From NCBI GenBank assembly GCA_012523605.1, contig JAAYTY010000101.1, positions 1 through 59,287 on the forward strand: a stretch of DNA of 59,287 nucleotides, written 5' to 3'. The stretch's first letter is position 1. Each line of letters begins with the position of its first letter. The notes beneath the pieces were generated by a model, which saw only the letters and a list, made by a program, of their open reading frames with translations, did no database searches and was not told the origin of the DNA. Source of the DNA: Candidatus Fermentibacterota bacterium (lineage in GTDB: Bacteria > Fermentibacterota > Fermentibacteria > Fermentibacterales > Fermentibacteraceae). Positions 39,077 through 46,973 of the stretch are shown in pieces. The translations under genes were made by a program, and so were the position numbers.

Positions 39077-40153
39077 CTACATCCTCAGCCAGGCTTCGAC
39101 CTCCGGCAGGACATGCTCCGGAATGGTGTGACCCCCGTCGAACCGCCGGAAGGTCACGTCGTAGCCCAGGGAGGAGAGAGTGTCGCGCGCACCTTCACCG
39201 CAGGAGTAGTCCACCATGCCGTCCATCGTGCCGTGGCAGATGAAGACCCTCAGGTTCCGGGCTTCATGCAGGAGTTCCGGCCCGTTCCTCTCGAGGTCGA
39301 GGCGCCCGCCGAAGCAGAGGATTCCTTCGACCCGGTCGTGATTGGAAAGACCCGCGTCGTAAGCCAGAGCGCAGCCCTGTGAGAATCCCAGGAGATACAC
39401 TTCGGAGACCGCTATCTCCTCGGACACGGCATCCACCACACGCATCACCTGGTCCACAGCCAGATCCCAGCTCCTCGTCCGGCTCGCGGAATCGCCCCAG
39501 GCCCCGCCGGCCCATGAATACCCGGGGGAGCTGCCGCCGTTCATCGCGTACGGCGACTCCGGAACGGCCATTGCGAACCAGGGAGACTCGAACTCCCGCC
39601 AGAGCCCGGCGAACCTCTCCGCGGAGTCTCCGTATCCGTGCAGCGCAACGACGAGCTTCAGAGGCCTGCCTGGAACCTGCACATCCGGAAGAAAGAGCCT
39701 CACCGGCACGAGGCATCCGGTCTCGATCATCATCACACGCCCGCCGGCCAGTTCGCGCTGACGCGCCTCCTCCACGAGGCTGTCGAACACGGCGGAGAAG
39801 AATCCGCTGCCCCGCACGGCCTCGAAGTCGGGATCCATTCCCGCGAAGCCCATGTCGGTGAAGCCCGCAGTCACGGCACGCTCCAGCGTCACTGCGGCGA
39901 GCGTATCCATGCCAAGCAGGCCGTAGCAGCAGGCCAGATTGTAGATGTTGCGGGAATTCCTGGCGTCATGGGACAGCAGTTCGAGGTAAAGGGAAGCGGC
40001 ACGGGCGTGATCGCCGGCATGGTAGGCGGTGCCGGCCGCCGTTTCGAGTGAGTCGAGGTCGATCTCCAGGAAATCGCCCGAGGAAGGATCGAACGGATCG
40101 GGCCCGGCAGAAGCCGCCAGAGCGGCGAGGAGAACCATCGCCAGGGTTTTCAT
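39077..40153 (-). CDS. Secreted TPR + alpha/beta-hydrolase (phospholipase/carboxylesterase family)
   Basis: Signal peptide MKTLAMVLLAALAASA and a TPR-like N-domain. Contains VVALHGYGDS, nucleophile elbow GFSQG and CHGTMDGMV. Confidence 0.8.
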   Translation of the reverse strand: MKTLAMVLLAALAASAGPDPFDPSSGDFLEIDLDSLETAAGTAYHAGDHARAASLYLELLSHDARNSRNIYNLACCYGLLGMDTLAAVTLERAVTAGFTDMGFAGMDPDFEAVRGSGFFSAVFDSLVEEARQRELAGGRVMMIETGCLVPVRLFLPDVQVPGRPLKLVVALHGYGDSAERFAGLWREFESPWFAMAVPESPYAMNGGSSPGYSWAGGAWGDSASRTRSWDLAVDQVMRVVDAVSEEIAVSEVYLLGFSQGCALAYDAGLSNHDRVEGILCFGGRLDLERNGPELLHEARNLRVFICHGTMDGMVDYSCGEGARDTLSSLGYDVTFRRFDGGHTIPEHVLPEVEAWLRM

Positions 40154-40372
40154 GCCCTCATCCCTTCATGCGATCGTGGATTGCCATCGCAGGACGCGCC
40201 GGAATGCGTCAATACACAGTCCGATGCGGTCACAACGAACAGGACGCTCCCGCCTCGGTGGAAACGCTCCCCCTGTCCGCCCGCAGGCGCCGGGAATTCG
40301 TCATCCGGAGGGATGGTCCTGCTGATACTCCCCGACATCCTGGAGTTCAGGCATCGCAGACGACGGAGAGCC

Positions 40373-40570
40373 TCAGCCCCCGCTCATCAGATGCAGAACG
40401 TCCACCTCGGAACCGTCGGGCACCGGGGTCGAGTCGTATGCGGTGCGCTCGACCAGCCGGCCGTCGATGCGCACGATAAGGAGGGGGAAGCTGTATTTCC
40501 GCTCCCGGAGGATGTCCCTGACCGTCATCCCCTCACGCCACTCCACGGGCTCCCCGTTGACAGTGATCAC
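40373..40570 (-). CDS. thiS: ThiS/MoaD-family sulfur-carrier protein (C-terminal Gly-Gly)
   Basis: 65 aa: (GTG)ITVNGEPVEWREGMTVRDIL...DGSEVDVLHLMSGG-stop. Starts 8 nt after the AOR stop. Confidence 0.85.
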   Translation of the reverse strand: MITVNGEPVEWREGMTVRDILRERKYSFPLLIVRIDGRLVERTAYDSTPVPDGSEVDVLHLMSGG

Positions 40571-40578
40571 ACGCCGGA

Positions 40579-42756
40579 TCAGCCTCCCAGCGACTTCACG
40601 ACATCCACCACTTCGGGATAGTCGATGCCGAGGTCGCGCAGGGTCTCGACCCTGGGAATGCCCTCCGGCGTCCAGCCCTTCCTCTTGTAGACGGCGTCGA
40701 GGAGCTTCTCGTACCTCTGCTCCCTGTAGGTTCTCAGAGCCTTCACCTTCTCCGCGGTGGACATGCCGGATGGGTCCACCTCTGCCTGTTCGCGAAGCTG
40801 TTTGTCGTACCTCTCTGCGCGGGACTCGTACTCCTCGACGGTCACGGGGCCCATCATCCTGTAGGGCGGCCTGTCGTCGGATCGCCTGCCGCGCCCCATC
40901 CTGAGGCAGAACACCTTCTGGAAGTTGTAAACCCTCGCGGACTGCCGGATCAGCTCCTCCTTGTCGATGTTCCGACCGGTGATGGCATTGAAGATGTCAA
41001 CGTAGTTCTGCACATGCTCGGGAACCTTGGCCGGTTCGGAAGTCTGCGCGTTGTCAGCGGGCTCGATGTCGTTCCATGGCAGCTTGCACAGGCCCTGCAG
41101 GCCGAACCACGTCCGGAACATGGGGAAGTAATAGAGAGCCTCGGCCTTGTCCTCGAAGGTCGGAATGCGGTTGTTCACCATGTCCATGAATATCAGCCAG
41201 GCCTCGTCGTGCTGGGGCCCCTTGAGAGCCATGCTGTAGCCGCCCTGCTGGGCCAGCGACTCCTTGGAGACGTACTGGGAGTACTCGAGGCCCTTGCACT
41301 CGCAGCCGATGTCCGCGAGGAGTGCCGGGGCTGCGCCGAACTCCTCGGCGAAGTGCTTCTTCATCCGCCTGACGCCCATGCCCGCGATCAATCCGAATCC
41401 CTCGCCGCGCGCAATCCCGTGCAGCATCTCCAGGACGGCCCGCCAGTTGCCCCAGTTCAGCTCCAGGCCTCCCGTCCTCTCGGAGTTCAGGATCCCCTTC
41501 TCCCAGCATTCCATACAGAAGGCCGTCAGTGTGCCGAACGAGATGGTGTCGATCCCGTAGGTGTCGCAGTAGAAGTTGATCTCGAGCACGGCCCGGGCGT
41601 CGAAGACGCCGATATTGGAGCCACAGCCCGCCACCGTCTCGTACTCGGGGCCGTCCACCGTTACCCTGTCTCCGGCGTATGGGCCGGTGAGGAGTTCGAA
41701 TCCGTCGGCCGCCTTGGCGCAGGCGAGGGTGCATCCGTACCAGCACCCGTCGGGCAGGTCGTGAGTGACCATTGCCGAGAAATGATGGGAGTCGATCTTC
41801 GAGGCATCGGGATGGGACCCGTACTTGAAGTTGTGGGTGGGAAGCAGATCGTACTCGTCCATTATCTCGGTGAGGTGTGCGGTGCCGATCTCGCGCATCC
41901 TGCACTGCTGGTCGTCCAGCTCTACGATCTCCCTGTGGAGCTTCAACCCGGTGGTCTGCAGTGTGGGGAGGTCCGCAGGGTTGTTGGAGGCGACATCCAG
42001 CCCGGAGTACTTCACGACAAGCGCCCTTAGCTTCTTGTTCCGGAATACGGTGCCGACCCCTCCCCTTCCGGCCTGCTTCAACCGGGCCACTTTCCTTCGC
42101 GGGTCATAGAACGAGAAGTTCAGGCATCCCACGAGCGCATGATCCGCCCCGCGCCCCGCGGATACGCTCGACACGTACCGTCTGCCGGCCTCGTCTGATG
42201 CGAAGACGTCGAGCATCTCCTCGGCGAGGACGTGGCTGTCAACCGCGCCGGAGGGGGCCGAGATGATCCGCACTATTCCCTCGTCGCCGTCCACGAAGAT
42301 AATCGTCTCGCCGGCGGCCCTGCCCTGGATCTCCATGGCGTCGAATCCGGAGAACTTCAGGTATGGGCCGAAGTAGCCGCCCACATTGCAGTCGATCGGA
42401 ATCCCGGTGAGCGGAGAGAGGGAAACCACCAGTGATTTCCCCGAGCCGGGATAGCTCGTGTTCCCGCAGATAGGGCCCATCCCAATGTTGATCTCGTTCT
42501 CGGGATCGTCCCACCTCGTAGAGGGCGAGACGGCGTCCCAGAGGAGTTTCATCCCGAAGCCCTTCCCGCCTGTGAACTTCGCCTTCATCTCCTCCGAGAC
42601 GGGTTTTTCCCTTATCTCAAGAGTGCCCGGGTTCACATAGAGGGTTCGGTCGTTGTAGCCCCTTCGGACGGGCCTCTTCTCGTACCTGTACTCCGCGAGA
42701 ACCCTGTAGCCGGCCTTGAGCCCGGCGGGGTCGGCCTTTCTGGAAACCTCGCTCAT
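40579..42756 (-). CDS. aor: Aldehyde:ferredoxin oxidoreductase family (tungstopterin-type) enzyme
   Basis: 725 codons from the ATG at 42754-42756 within ORF 40579..43269. Contains RTLYVNPGTLEIREKPVSEEMKAKFTGGKGFGMKLLW, the AOR N-domain and the two C-terminal domains. ATGA overlap with the ferredoxin stop. Confidence 0.92.
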   Translation of the reverse strand: MSEVSRKADPAGLKAGYRVLAEYRYEKRPVRRGYNDRTLYVNPGTLEIREKPVSEEMKAKFTGGKGFGMKLLWDAVSPSTRWDDPENEINIGMGPICGNTSYPGSGKSLVVSLSPLTGIPIDCNVGGYFGPYLKFSGFDAMEIQGRAAGETIIFVDGDEGIVRIISAPSGAVDSHVLAEEMLDVFASDEAGRRYVSSVSAGRGADHALVGCLNFSFYDPRRKVARLKQAGRGGVGTVFRNKKLRALVVKYSGLDVASNNPADLPTLQTTGLKLHREIVELDDQQCRMREIGTAHLTEIMDEYDLLPTHNFKYGSHPDASKIDSHHFSAMVTHDLPDGCWYGCTLACAKAADGFELLTGPYAGDRVTVDGPEYETVAGCGSNIGVFDARAVLEINFYCDTYGIDTISFGTLTAFCMECWEKGILNSERTGGLELNWGNWRAVLEMLHGIARGEGFGLIAGMGVRRMKKHFAEEFGAAPALLADIGCECKGLEYSQYVSKESLAQQGGYSMALKGPQHDEAWLIFMDMVNNRIPTFEDKAEALYYFPMFRTWFGLQGLCKLPWNDIEPADNAQTSEPAKVPEHVQNYVDIFNAITGRNIDKEELIRQSARVYNFQKVFCLRMGRGRRSDDRPPYRMMGPVTVEEYESRAERYDKQLREQAEVDPSGMSTAEKVKALRTYREQRYEKLLDAVYKRKGWTPEGIPRVETLRDLGIDYPEVVDVVKSLGG

Positions 42757-43157
42757 TCCTCGCCCTCCACTGCTATCTCGATGGCTCCGGTCGGGCATTT
42801 CCCCACGCAGGCACCGCAGGCTATGCACTTGAAGGGATTCTTCAGACCGGGGTGAAAACGCATCGCTCCGATGGGGCACACCGCGACGCACGCGAGGCAC
42901 CCGACACAGAGTCTCCTGTCCAGCACCACGACGCCCTGTCTGGAGACGGTCAGCGCCTGAACCGGGCATTCGACGACGCAGAGCCTGCACTTCTGGTCGC
43001 ACACGACGATTCGGCCACCCTCCCCGGCAGCCTCGATGCGGATGCACGACCTCGCAGGATCGTCCTCCTTGAAGAAGGTCTTCGAGCATGCGGTCATGCA
43101 GGCCCCGCAGGCCGTGCACTTGTCGTCGTAGTGCTTCAGGTACTTGATCGCCGGCAA
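42753..43157 (-). CDS. Poly-ferredoxin, 4Fe-4S cluster protein
   Basis: 134 aa with four Cys clusters: CTACGACMTAC, CRLCVVECP, CVGCLACVAVCP and CIACGACVGKCP. The TTG start is preceded by GGAGGTGG. Confidence 0.88.
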   Translation of the reverse strand: MPAIKYLKHYDDKCTACGACMTACSKTFFKEDDPARSCIRIEAAGEGGRIVVCDQKCRLCVVECPVQALTVSRQGVVVLDRRLCVGCLACVAVCPIGAMRFHPGLKNPFKCIACGACVGKCPTGAIEIAVEGEE

Positions 43158-43305
43158 ATCGCCACCTCCGTGCGGTTATCGGAAGGCCCCGGGCGGACCT
43201 TCCGGCAATTGCGGAGAGGCCGCCCCCGGAGAATGATATCCAGTGACGAAACCTAGCATCCCGAGGCATGTCCGGGCAATGCCCCGCTGAGCGAGAGGGG
43301 GTGTC

Positions 43306-43938
43306 ATGGGCCGCTCGATGGAGATCTTCCGGGACAATCCCCCGGGCACCGCGGAAAAGCTCTCTCTCTGCAGGGCCGGGATTGCAGGCGCGGGGGGGAT
43401 AGGCTCAAATGCCGCCCTGCTTCTCGCGCGGTCCGGGATCGGCTCGCTCGTGATCGCTGACTTCGATCGCGTCGAGACGGCCAACCTCAACCGCCAGGCC
43501 TATCGCGCAGACCAGGCCGGACGGCTGAAGGTCGAGGCGCTCTCGGAGAATCTCGCGTTGATCGATCCCGGGCTGGAAGTCCTGGCTTTCCCGGTCAGGC
43601 TCGACCGTTCGAACATCTGCGGTATCTTCGAAGGCTGTCATGTGCTTGTGGAGGCGCTGGACCTCGACGAGTCGAAGCACATGCTGCTCGAGTGCTGGAT
43701 GCGGGGTCTGCCGGATGTCCCGATAGTGGCGGTCTCGGGAATCGCCGGGGCGGGCCCGGCCGAGGAGATAGTCACTGACAGGCGCCGAGGACTCTCGATC
43801 GTGGGCGACCGGCACAGCCACCTGCGGTCGGGCACTCTGGCGACGCGGGTGGGTGTCGCCGCAGCCCTTGCTGCGCACGAGGCGGTTCGCATACTCCTCG
43901 AGGGAGGGACGGCGGCCGCGGGTCGTTCGTCATCATGA
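43306..43938 (+). CDS. thiF: ThiF/MoeB/HesA-family E1-like adenylyltransferase (short form)
   Basis: Nucleotide-binding loop IAGAGGIGSNAALLLARSGIGSLVIADFDRVETANLNRQ. 210 aa, with no rhodanese or Zn-Cys tail. Confidence 0.85.
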   Translation: MGRSMEIFRDNPPGTAEKLSLCRAGIAGAGGIGSNAALLLARSGIGSLVIADFDRVETANLNRQAYRADQAGRLKVEALSENLALIDPGLEVLAFPVRLDRSNICGIFEGCHVLVEALDLDESKHMLLECWMRGLPDVPIVAVSGIAGAGPAEEIVTDRRRGLSIVGDRHSHLRSGTLATRVGVAAALAAHEAVRILLEGGTAAAGRSSS

Positions 43939-44019
43939 TGACGGTGTTGACGCGCCTCGCAGGGACACAGTCTGCGTTCCATGGACTGGGGCGCGTCGGA
44001 GATTCGACGGAGGCGGAGA

Positions 44020-44619
44020 ATGAGATGCGTTAACGTGCTGGGAGGGTCATCGAAGTCCAGGCTGGATTGCGCATCGACCCTCGCCCGCATGATGTCGGAC
44101 AGGGGCTGGAGGGTGACATATCTGGCGCCGTGGAACAGGTCGGGGGATCCGGACCCGTATCAGAGCTCTCCCTTCCACGAGATGCATCTCGTCTCGCCGG
44201 AGGCGGACCTCTCCTACAGGAAACCGGGCAGCGGAGTCGAGGCCGTCATACCCTCGGTCTCGGGGGATTGGCTGATAGTGGACGGCATCCCGGTGGAGGG
44301 CGCGCTGGTCGTGGCGTGCGACGGCGAACAGGAGGTGTTCGCACCGGCCGCCTCGTTCGGAGTGTCCATTCCGGGAGTGCAGCCCATCGAGGACGGGGAA
44401 TTCTTCGTAGTCCTCGAGCGCATCCATCGGGAGGACGCCGGAGGGAGATGCCGCGGAGGATTCTCCGAAGATCGCGTCGAAGTGAGCGTTTCCGGCAGGA
44501 CCCTCGATCTCTCCGGTTTCCCGTCCAGAGTAGTCGAGAGCGTCGTCATCGGTCTCGTCTCGTCCCTCAGGGGATACTCGGAGCGCGGAGACGTGATCGT
44601 CAGAATCCGCCGGGAATGA
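44020..44619 (+). CDS. Hypothetical protein. The N-terminus weakly resembles MobB-type P-loop proteins but has a degenerate Walker A.
   Basis: ATG at 44020 lies 6 nt after GGAGG. Begins MRCVNVLGGSSKSRLDCASTLARMMSDRGWRVTYL, where a MobB-like pattern would be V.G.s.sGKTtL...G.rV. The rest has no recognisable motif. Confidence 0.45.
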   Translation: MRCVNVLGGSSKSRLDCASTLARMMSDRGWRVTYLAPWNRSGDPDPYQSSPFHEMHLVSPEADLSYRKPGSGVEAVIPSVSGDWLIVDGIPVEGALVVACDGEQEVFAPAASFGVSIPGVQPIEDGEFFVVLERIHREDAGGRCRGGFSEDRVEVSVSGRTLDLSGFPSRVVESVVIGLVSSLRGYSERGDVIVRIRRE

Positions 44620-44625
44620 GTTCGA

Positions 44626-44647
44626 GGCTCCGGGTCGCCCCGGAGCC
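44626..44647. terminator. Hairpin between convergent genes (possible terminator, no T-run)
   Basis: ggctccggg (44626-44634), loop tcgc, cccggagcc (44639-44647). Confidence 0.35.
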
Positions 44648-44676
44648 CCTCGCTATCCCTGCGGAGTCGAGTCGAG

Positions 44677-44814
44677 CTACTTCTTCTTGCAGCCGCCCTT
44701 GGCAGGAGCCGCCTTCTTGGCGGGAGCCGCCTTCTTGGCAGGAGCCGCCTTCTTGGCAGGAGCCGCCTTCTTGGCAACCGCCTTCTTGGGAGCAGCCTTC
44801 TTCAGCTCGAGCAT
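44677..44814 (-). CDS. 45-aa Lys/Ala/Pro-repeat basic protein (histone H1/Hc1- or AlgP-like repeat composition)
   Basis: MLELKKAAPKKAVAKKAAPAKKAAPAKKAAPAKKAAPAKGGCKKK. AGGAGG lies 5 nt upstream of the ATG at 44812-44814. TAG stop. It has its own promoter-like element. Confidence 0.6.
   Translation of the reverse strand: MLELKKAAPKKAVAKKAAPAKKAAPAKKAAPAKKAAPAKGGCKKK
44701..44787. repeat. Tandem 18-bp repeat (about 4.8 copies) encoding the KKAAPA units
   Basis: ggcaggagccgccttctt occurs at 44701, 44737 and 44755. A one-mismatch copy (ggcgggagccgccttctt) sits at 44719, and a 15-nt partial copy at 44773. Confidence 0.9.
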
Positions 44815-44872
44815 CTCACCCTCCTGTGAGATAGGCCAAACAGGTTCCGGCTCGTCCGGACCCTGCGCCTTA

Positions 44873-44900
44873 TTAATACAAAAACGATCGGCCGTGTCAA
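44873..44900 (-). promoter_or_regulatory. Near-consensus sigma70-type promoter for the Lys/Ala-repeat gene
   Basis: Minus strand reads TTGACA (44900-44895), a 16-nt spacer ending in TG, then TATTAA(T) (44878-44873). It lies in a local AT-rich island about 60 nt upstream of the ATG. Confidence 0.55.
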
Positions 44901-44913
44901 GCACCGCGGAAGC

Positions 44914-45576
44914 TCACACTGTGGCTGTCTGCGAATGCCCGGCCCGAGAGGCTTCGCGACGCCCCTCGGCCATCTTCTTGACTTTCATCAGCCTCGTCAG
45001 GTTGCCCCTCTCGATCTCCTCCAGCTTCAGCCGGATCGTCGCGACAGTCTGCTCGAGCTCGGGAATGAGGATGTATTCGAGCGCGTTAACCCTTCGGCGT
45101 GTTCGATCGATCTCCGCGGCAAGCAGTCCGATGGCCTTCTCCTGTCCGGCGAGCCTGACGATCGCCGGCAGGACGCGTGCGTAAACCTCCAAAGAATGAT
45201 CCAGCTCGGGGGTCGTATCGAACATTCCGTAGTTGAGAAACGACCCCTCTACTGTTACTATAAACACCGGAAGCGTGAGGTTCATCACTCTTCTTGTCGT
45301 TGTGCTTACCCTGGCAACCGCGCCGGGGTAGCGAAGCGCATCGTAAAGCGCGGCACTGCGCATCGAAGCCCGCGCGACCAGGAACTCGCGATATGCGTTT
45401 TCAAGCTCCCGTTCCAGATGCTGCCTGGCGCCCATGTACTCGGCTATGAGAATCTTGAACTGCCGCATGAGTTCGTCGAGCTTGTCCTTGAGGAGCTTGT
45501 GTCCCCTGCGCGCGAGTGCGGTCCGCTTGCGGAGCTGAAGCAGCTCCATCCTGGTCGCCCGGGCCTGTATCGGCAT
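44914..45576 (-). CDS. atpD: V/A-type ATP synthase subunit D
   Basis: MPIQARATRMELLQLRKRTALARRGHKLLKDKLDELM...RRVNALEYILIPEL. ATGA overlap with the subunit B stop. Confidence 0.92.
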   Translation of the reverse strand: MPIQARATRMELLQLRKRTALARRGHKLLKDKLDELMRQFKILIAEYMGARQHLERELENAYREFLVARASMRSAALYDALRYPGAVARVSTTTRRVMNLTLPVFIVTVEGSFLNYGMFDTTPELDHSLEVYARVLPAIVRLAGQEKAIGLLAAEIDRTRRRVNALEYILIPELEQTVATIRLKLEEIERGNLTRLMKVKKMAEGRREASRAGHSQTATV

Positions 45577-46973
45577 CAGTCGCCCTCGCCGGGAGAGACG
45601 GGCCAGTATCTGTCGAGATACTCCGGTCTGATCCTCTTCATCTCGGACCTCGGCAGGATTTTTAAAAGATCCCATCCGAGGTCGAGGGTCTCCTCGATGC
45701 CGCGGTTGTCGGACTCACCCTGGCTGATGTATCTGCGCTCGTACTCGTCGGCGAACTTCAGATACAGCTGGTCGAGATCGCTCAGCGCGGCCGTGCCCAG
45801 TATCACCGCGAGCTCCCGGGCATTCTTGCCGGAGGAGTATGCGGCCATGAGCTGGTTGAAGAGGTCCGAGTGGTCCTCCCTCGTCTTGCCCCTGCCGATC
45901 CCCTTGTCCTTGAGACGGGACAGGGACTCCATGACGTCCATCGGGGGATAGACGCCTCTCTTGTGAAGCTCTCTGTTGAGTATGAGCTGCCCCTCTGTGA
46001 TGTACCCCGTCAGGTCGGGTATGGGATGAGTCTTGTCGTCCTCGGGCATCGTGAGAATGGGGATCTGCGTGATCGAGCCCTTCCTTCCCTTGATCCTGCC
46101 CGCTCTCTCGTAGATCGTCGAGAGGTCCGTGTAGAGGTATCCGGGATATCACCTTCGCCCGGGAACCTCCTTCCTCGCGGCGGATATCTCGCGCAGGGCG
46201 TCGCAGTAGTTCGTCATGTCCGTCAGGATGACGAGTATGTGCATGTCCTTCTCGTAGGCCAGGTACTCCGCAGCCGTGAGCGCCATGCGGGGCGTGGCGA
46301 TCCTCTCGATGGCCGGGTCGTTCGCGAGGTTGAGGAATACGACTGCCCTGTCCATCGCACCTGTCCTGCGGAAGTCCCTTATGAAGTAGTCCGCTTCCTC
46401 GAATGTGATGCCGAGAGCCGCGAACACGACGGCGAACGCCCCTCCCTCTCCGAGCACTCTGGCCTGCCTCGCGATCTGCGCGGCGACGGCCGAGTGGGGG
46501 AGACCGCTCCCGCTGAACACGGGGAGCTTCTGCCCGCGGACGAGGGTGTTGATCCCGTCGATCGAGCTGAACCCGGTCTGGATGAACTCGGCGGGATAGT
46601 CCCTTGCGTAGGGGTTGAGGGGAGCGCCGTTGATGTTCAGCATGCGCTCGGGCACGATCGGAGGAGATGTGTCGAACGGAGCCCGCGGCCTGCCCTGCCC
46701 GTCGAAGATCCTGCCGAGCATCGAGGAGGAAACTCCGAGTTCGACTCCCCGGCCGAGGAATCTCACCGTGCTGTTCGTGATGTCCGTGCCGCTGGACCCC
46801 TCGAAGATCTGCACCAGCGCCCGGGAGCCGTCTATCTCGAGAACACGGCCGTGCCTCCTCTCACCCCCCGGAAGCTCTATCTCGGCCAGCTCTTCGTAGG
46901 TCACGCCCGACACGCCCTCGACCAGCATCAGAGGTCCGGCGATCTCGGTGGTCGTGCGGTATTCCCTGATCAT
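45576..46973 (-). pseudogene. atpB: V/A-type ATP synthase subunit B, one reading frame interrupted by a single in-frame TGA at 46149-46151 (nonsense mutation, sequencing error or recoding)
   Basis: ORFs 46149..46973 ([20 protein letters not shown]...[12 protein letters not shown]) and 45576..46148 ([54 protein letters not shown]...) are in the same frame and together form a full-length B subunit. Confidence 0.9.

Noticed and set aside
40579-40590. The AOR protein ends in ...SLGG, which could suggest a ubiquitin-like C-terminal Gly-Gly.
   Set aside because: The preceding residues (KGWTPEGIPRVETLRDLGIDYPEVV) match the ordinary AOR C-terminus. The Gly-Gly is most simply coincidental.
44701-44787. 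The 18-bp tandem repeat as a CRISPR-like or minisatellite non-coding array.
   Set aside because: The repeats are contiguous with no spacers. They lie in frame inside an ORF with a strong SD and promoter, and they encode KKAAPA units.
46149-46151. Selenocysteine insertion, or a genome-wide UGA=Gly code (translation table 25), as the explanation for the in-frame TGA in atpB.
   Set aside because: No SECIS-like stem-loop follows the codon; the downstream tatcccggata can only form a 5-bp stem with a 1-nt loop. Sec at a structural Gly is also implausible. TGA also terminates many well-delimited genes in this window, so a global reassignment does not fit. Local read-through is kept as a hypothesis in the findings.
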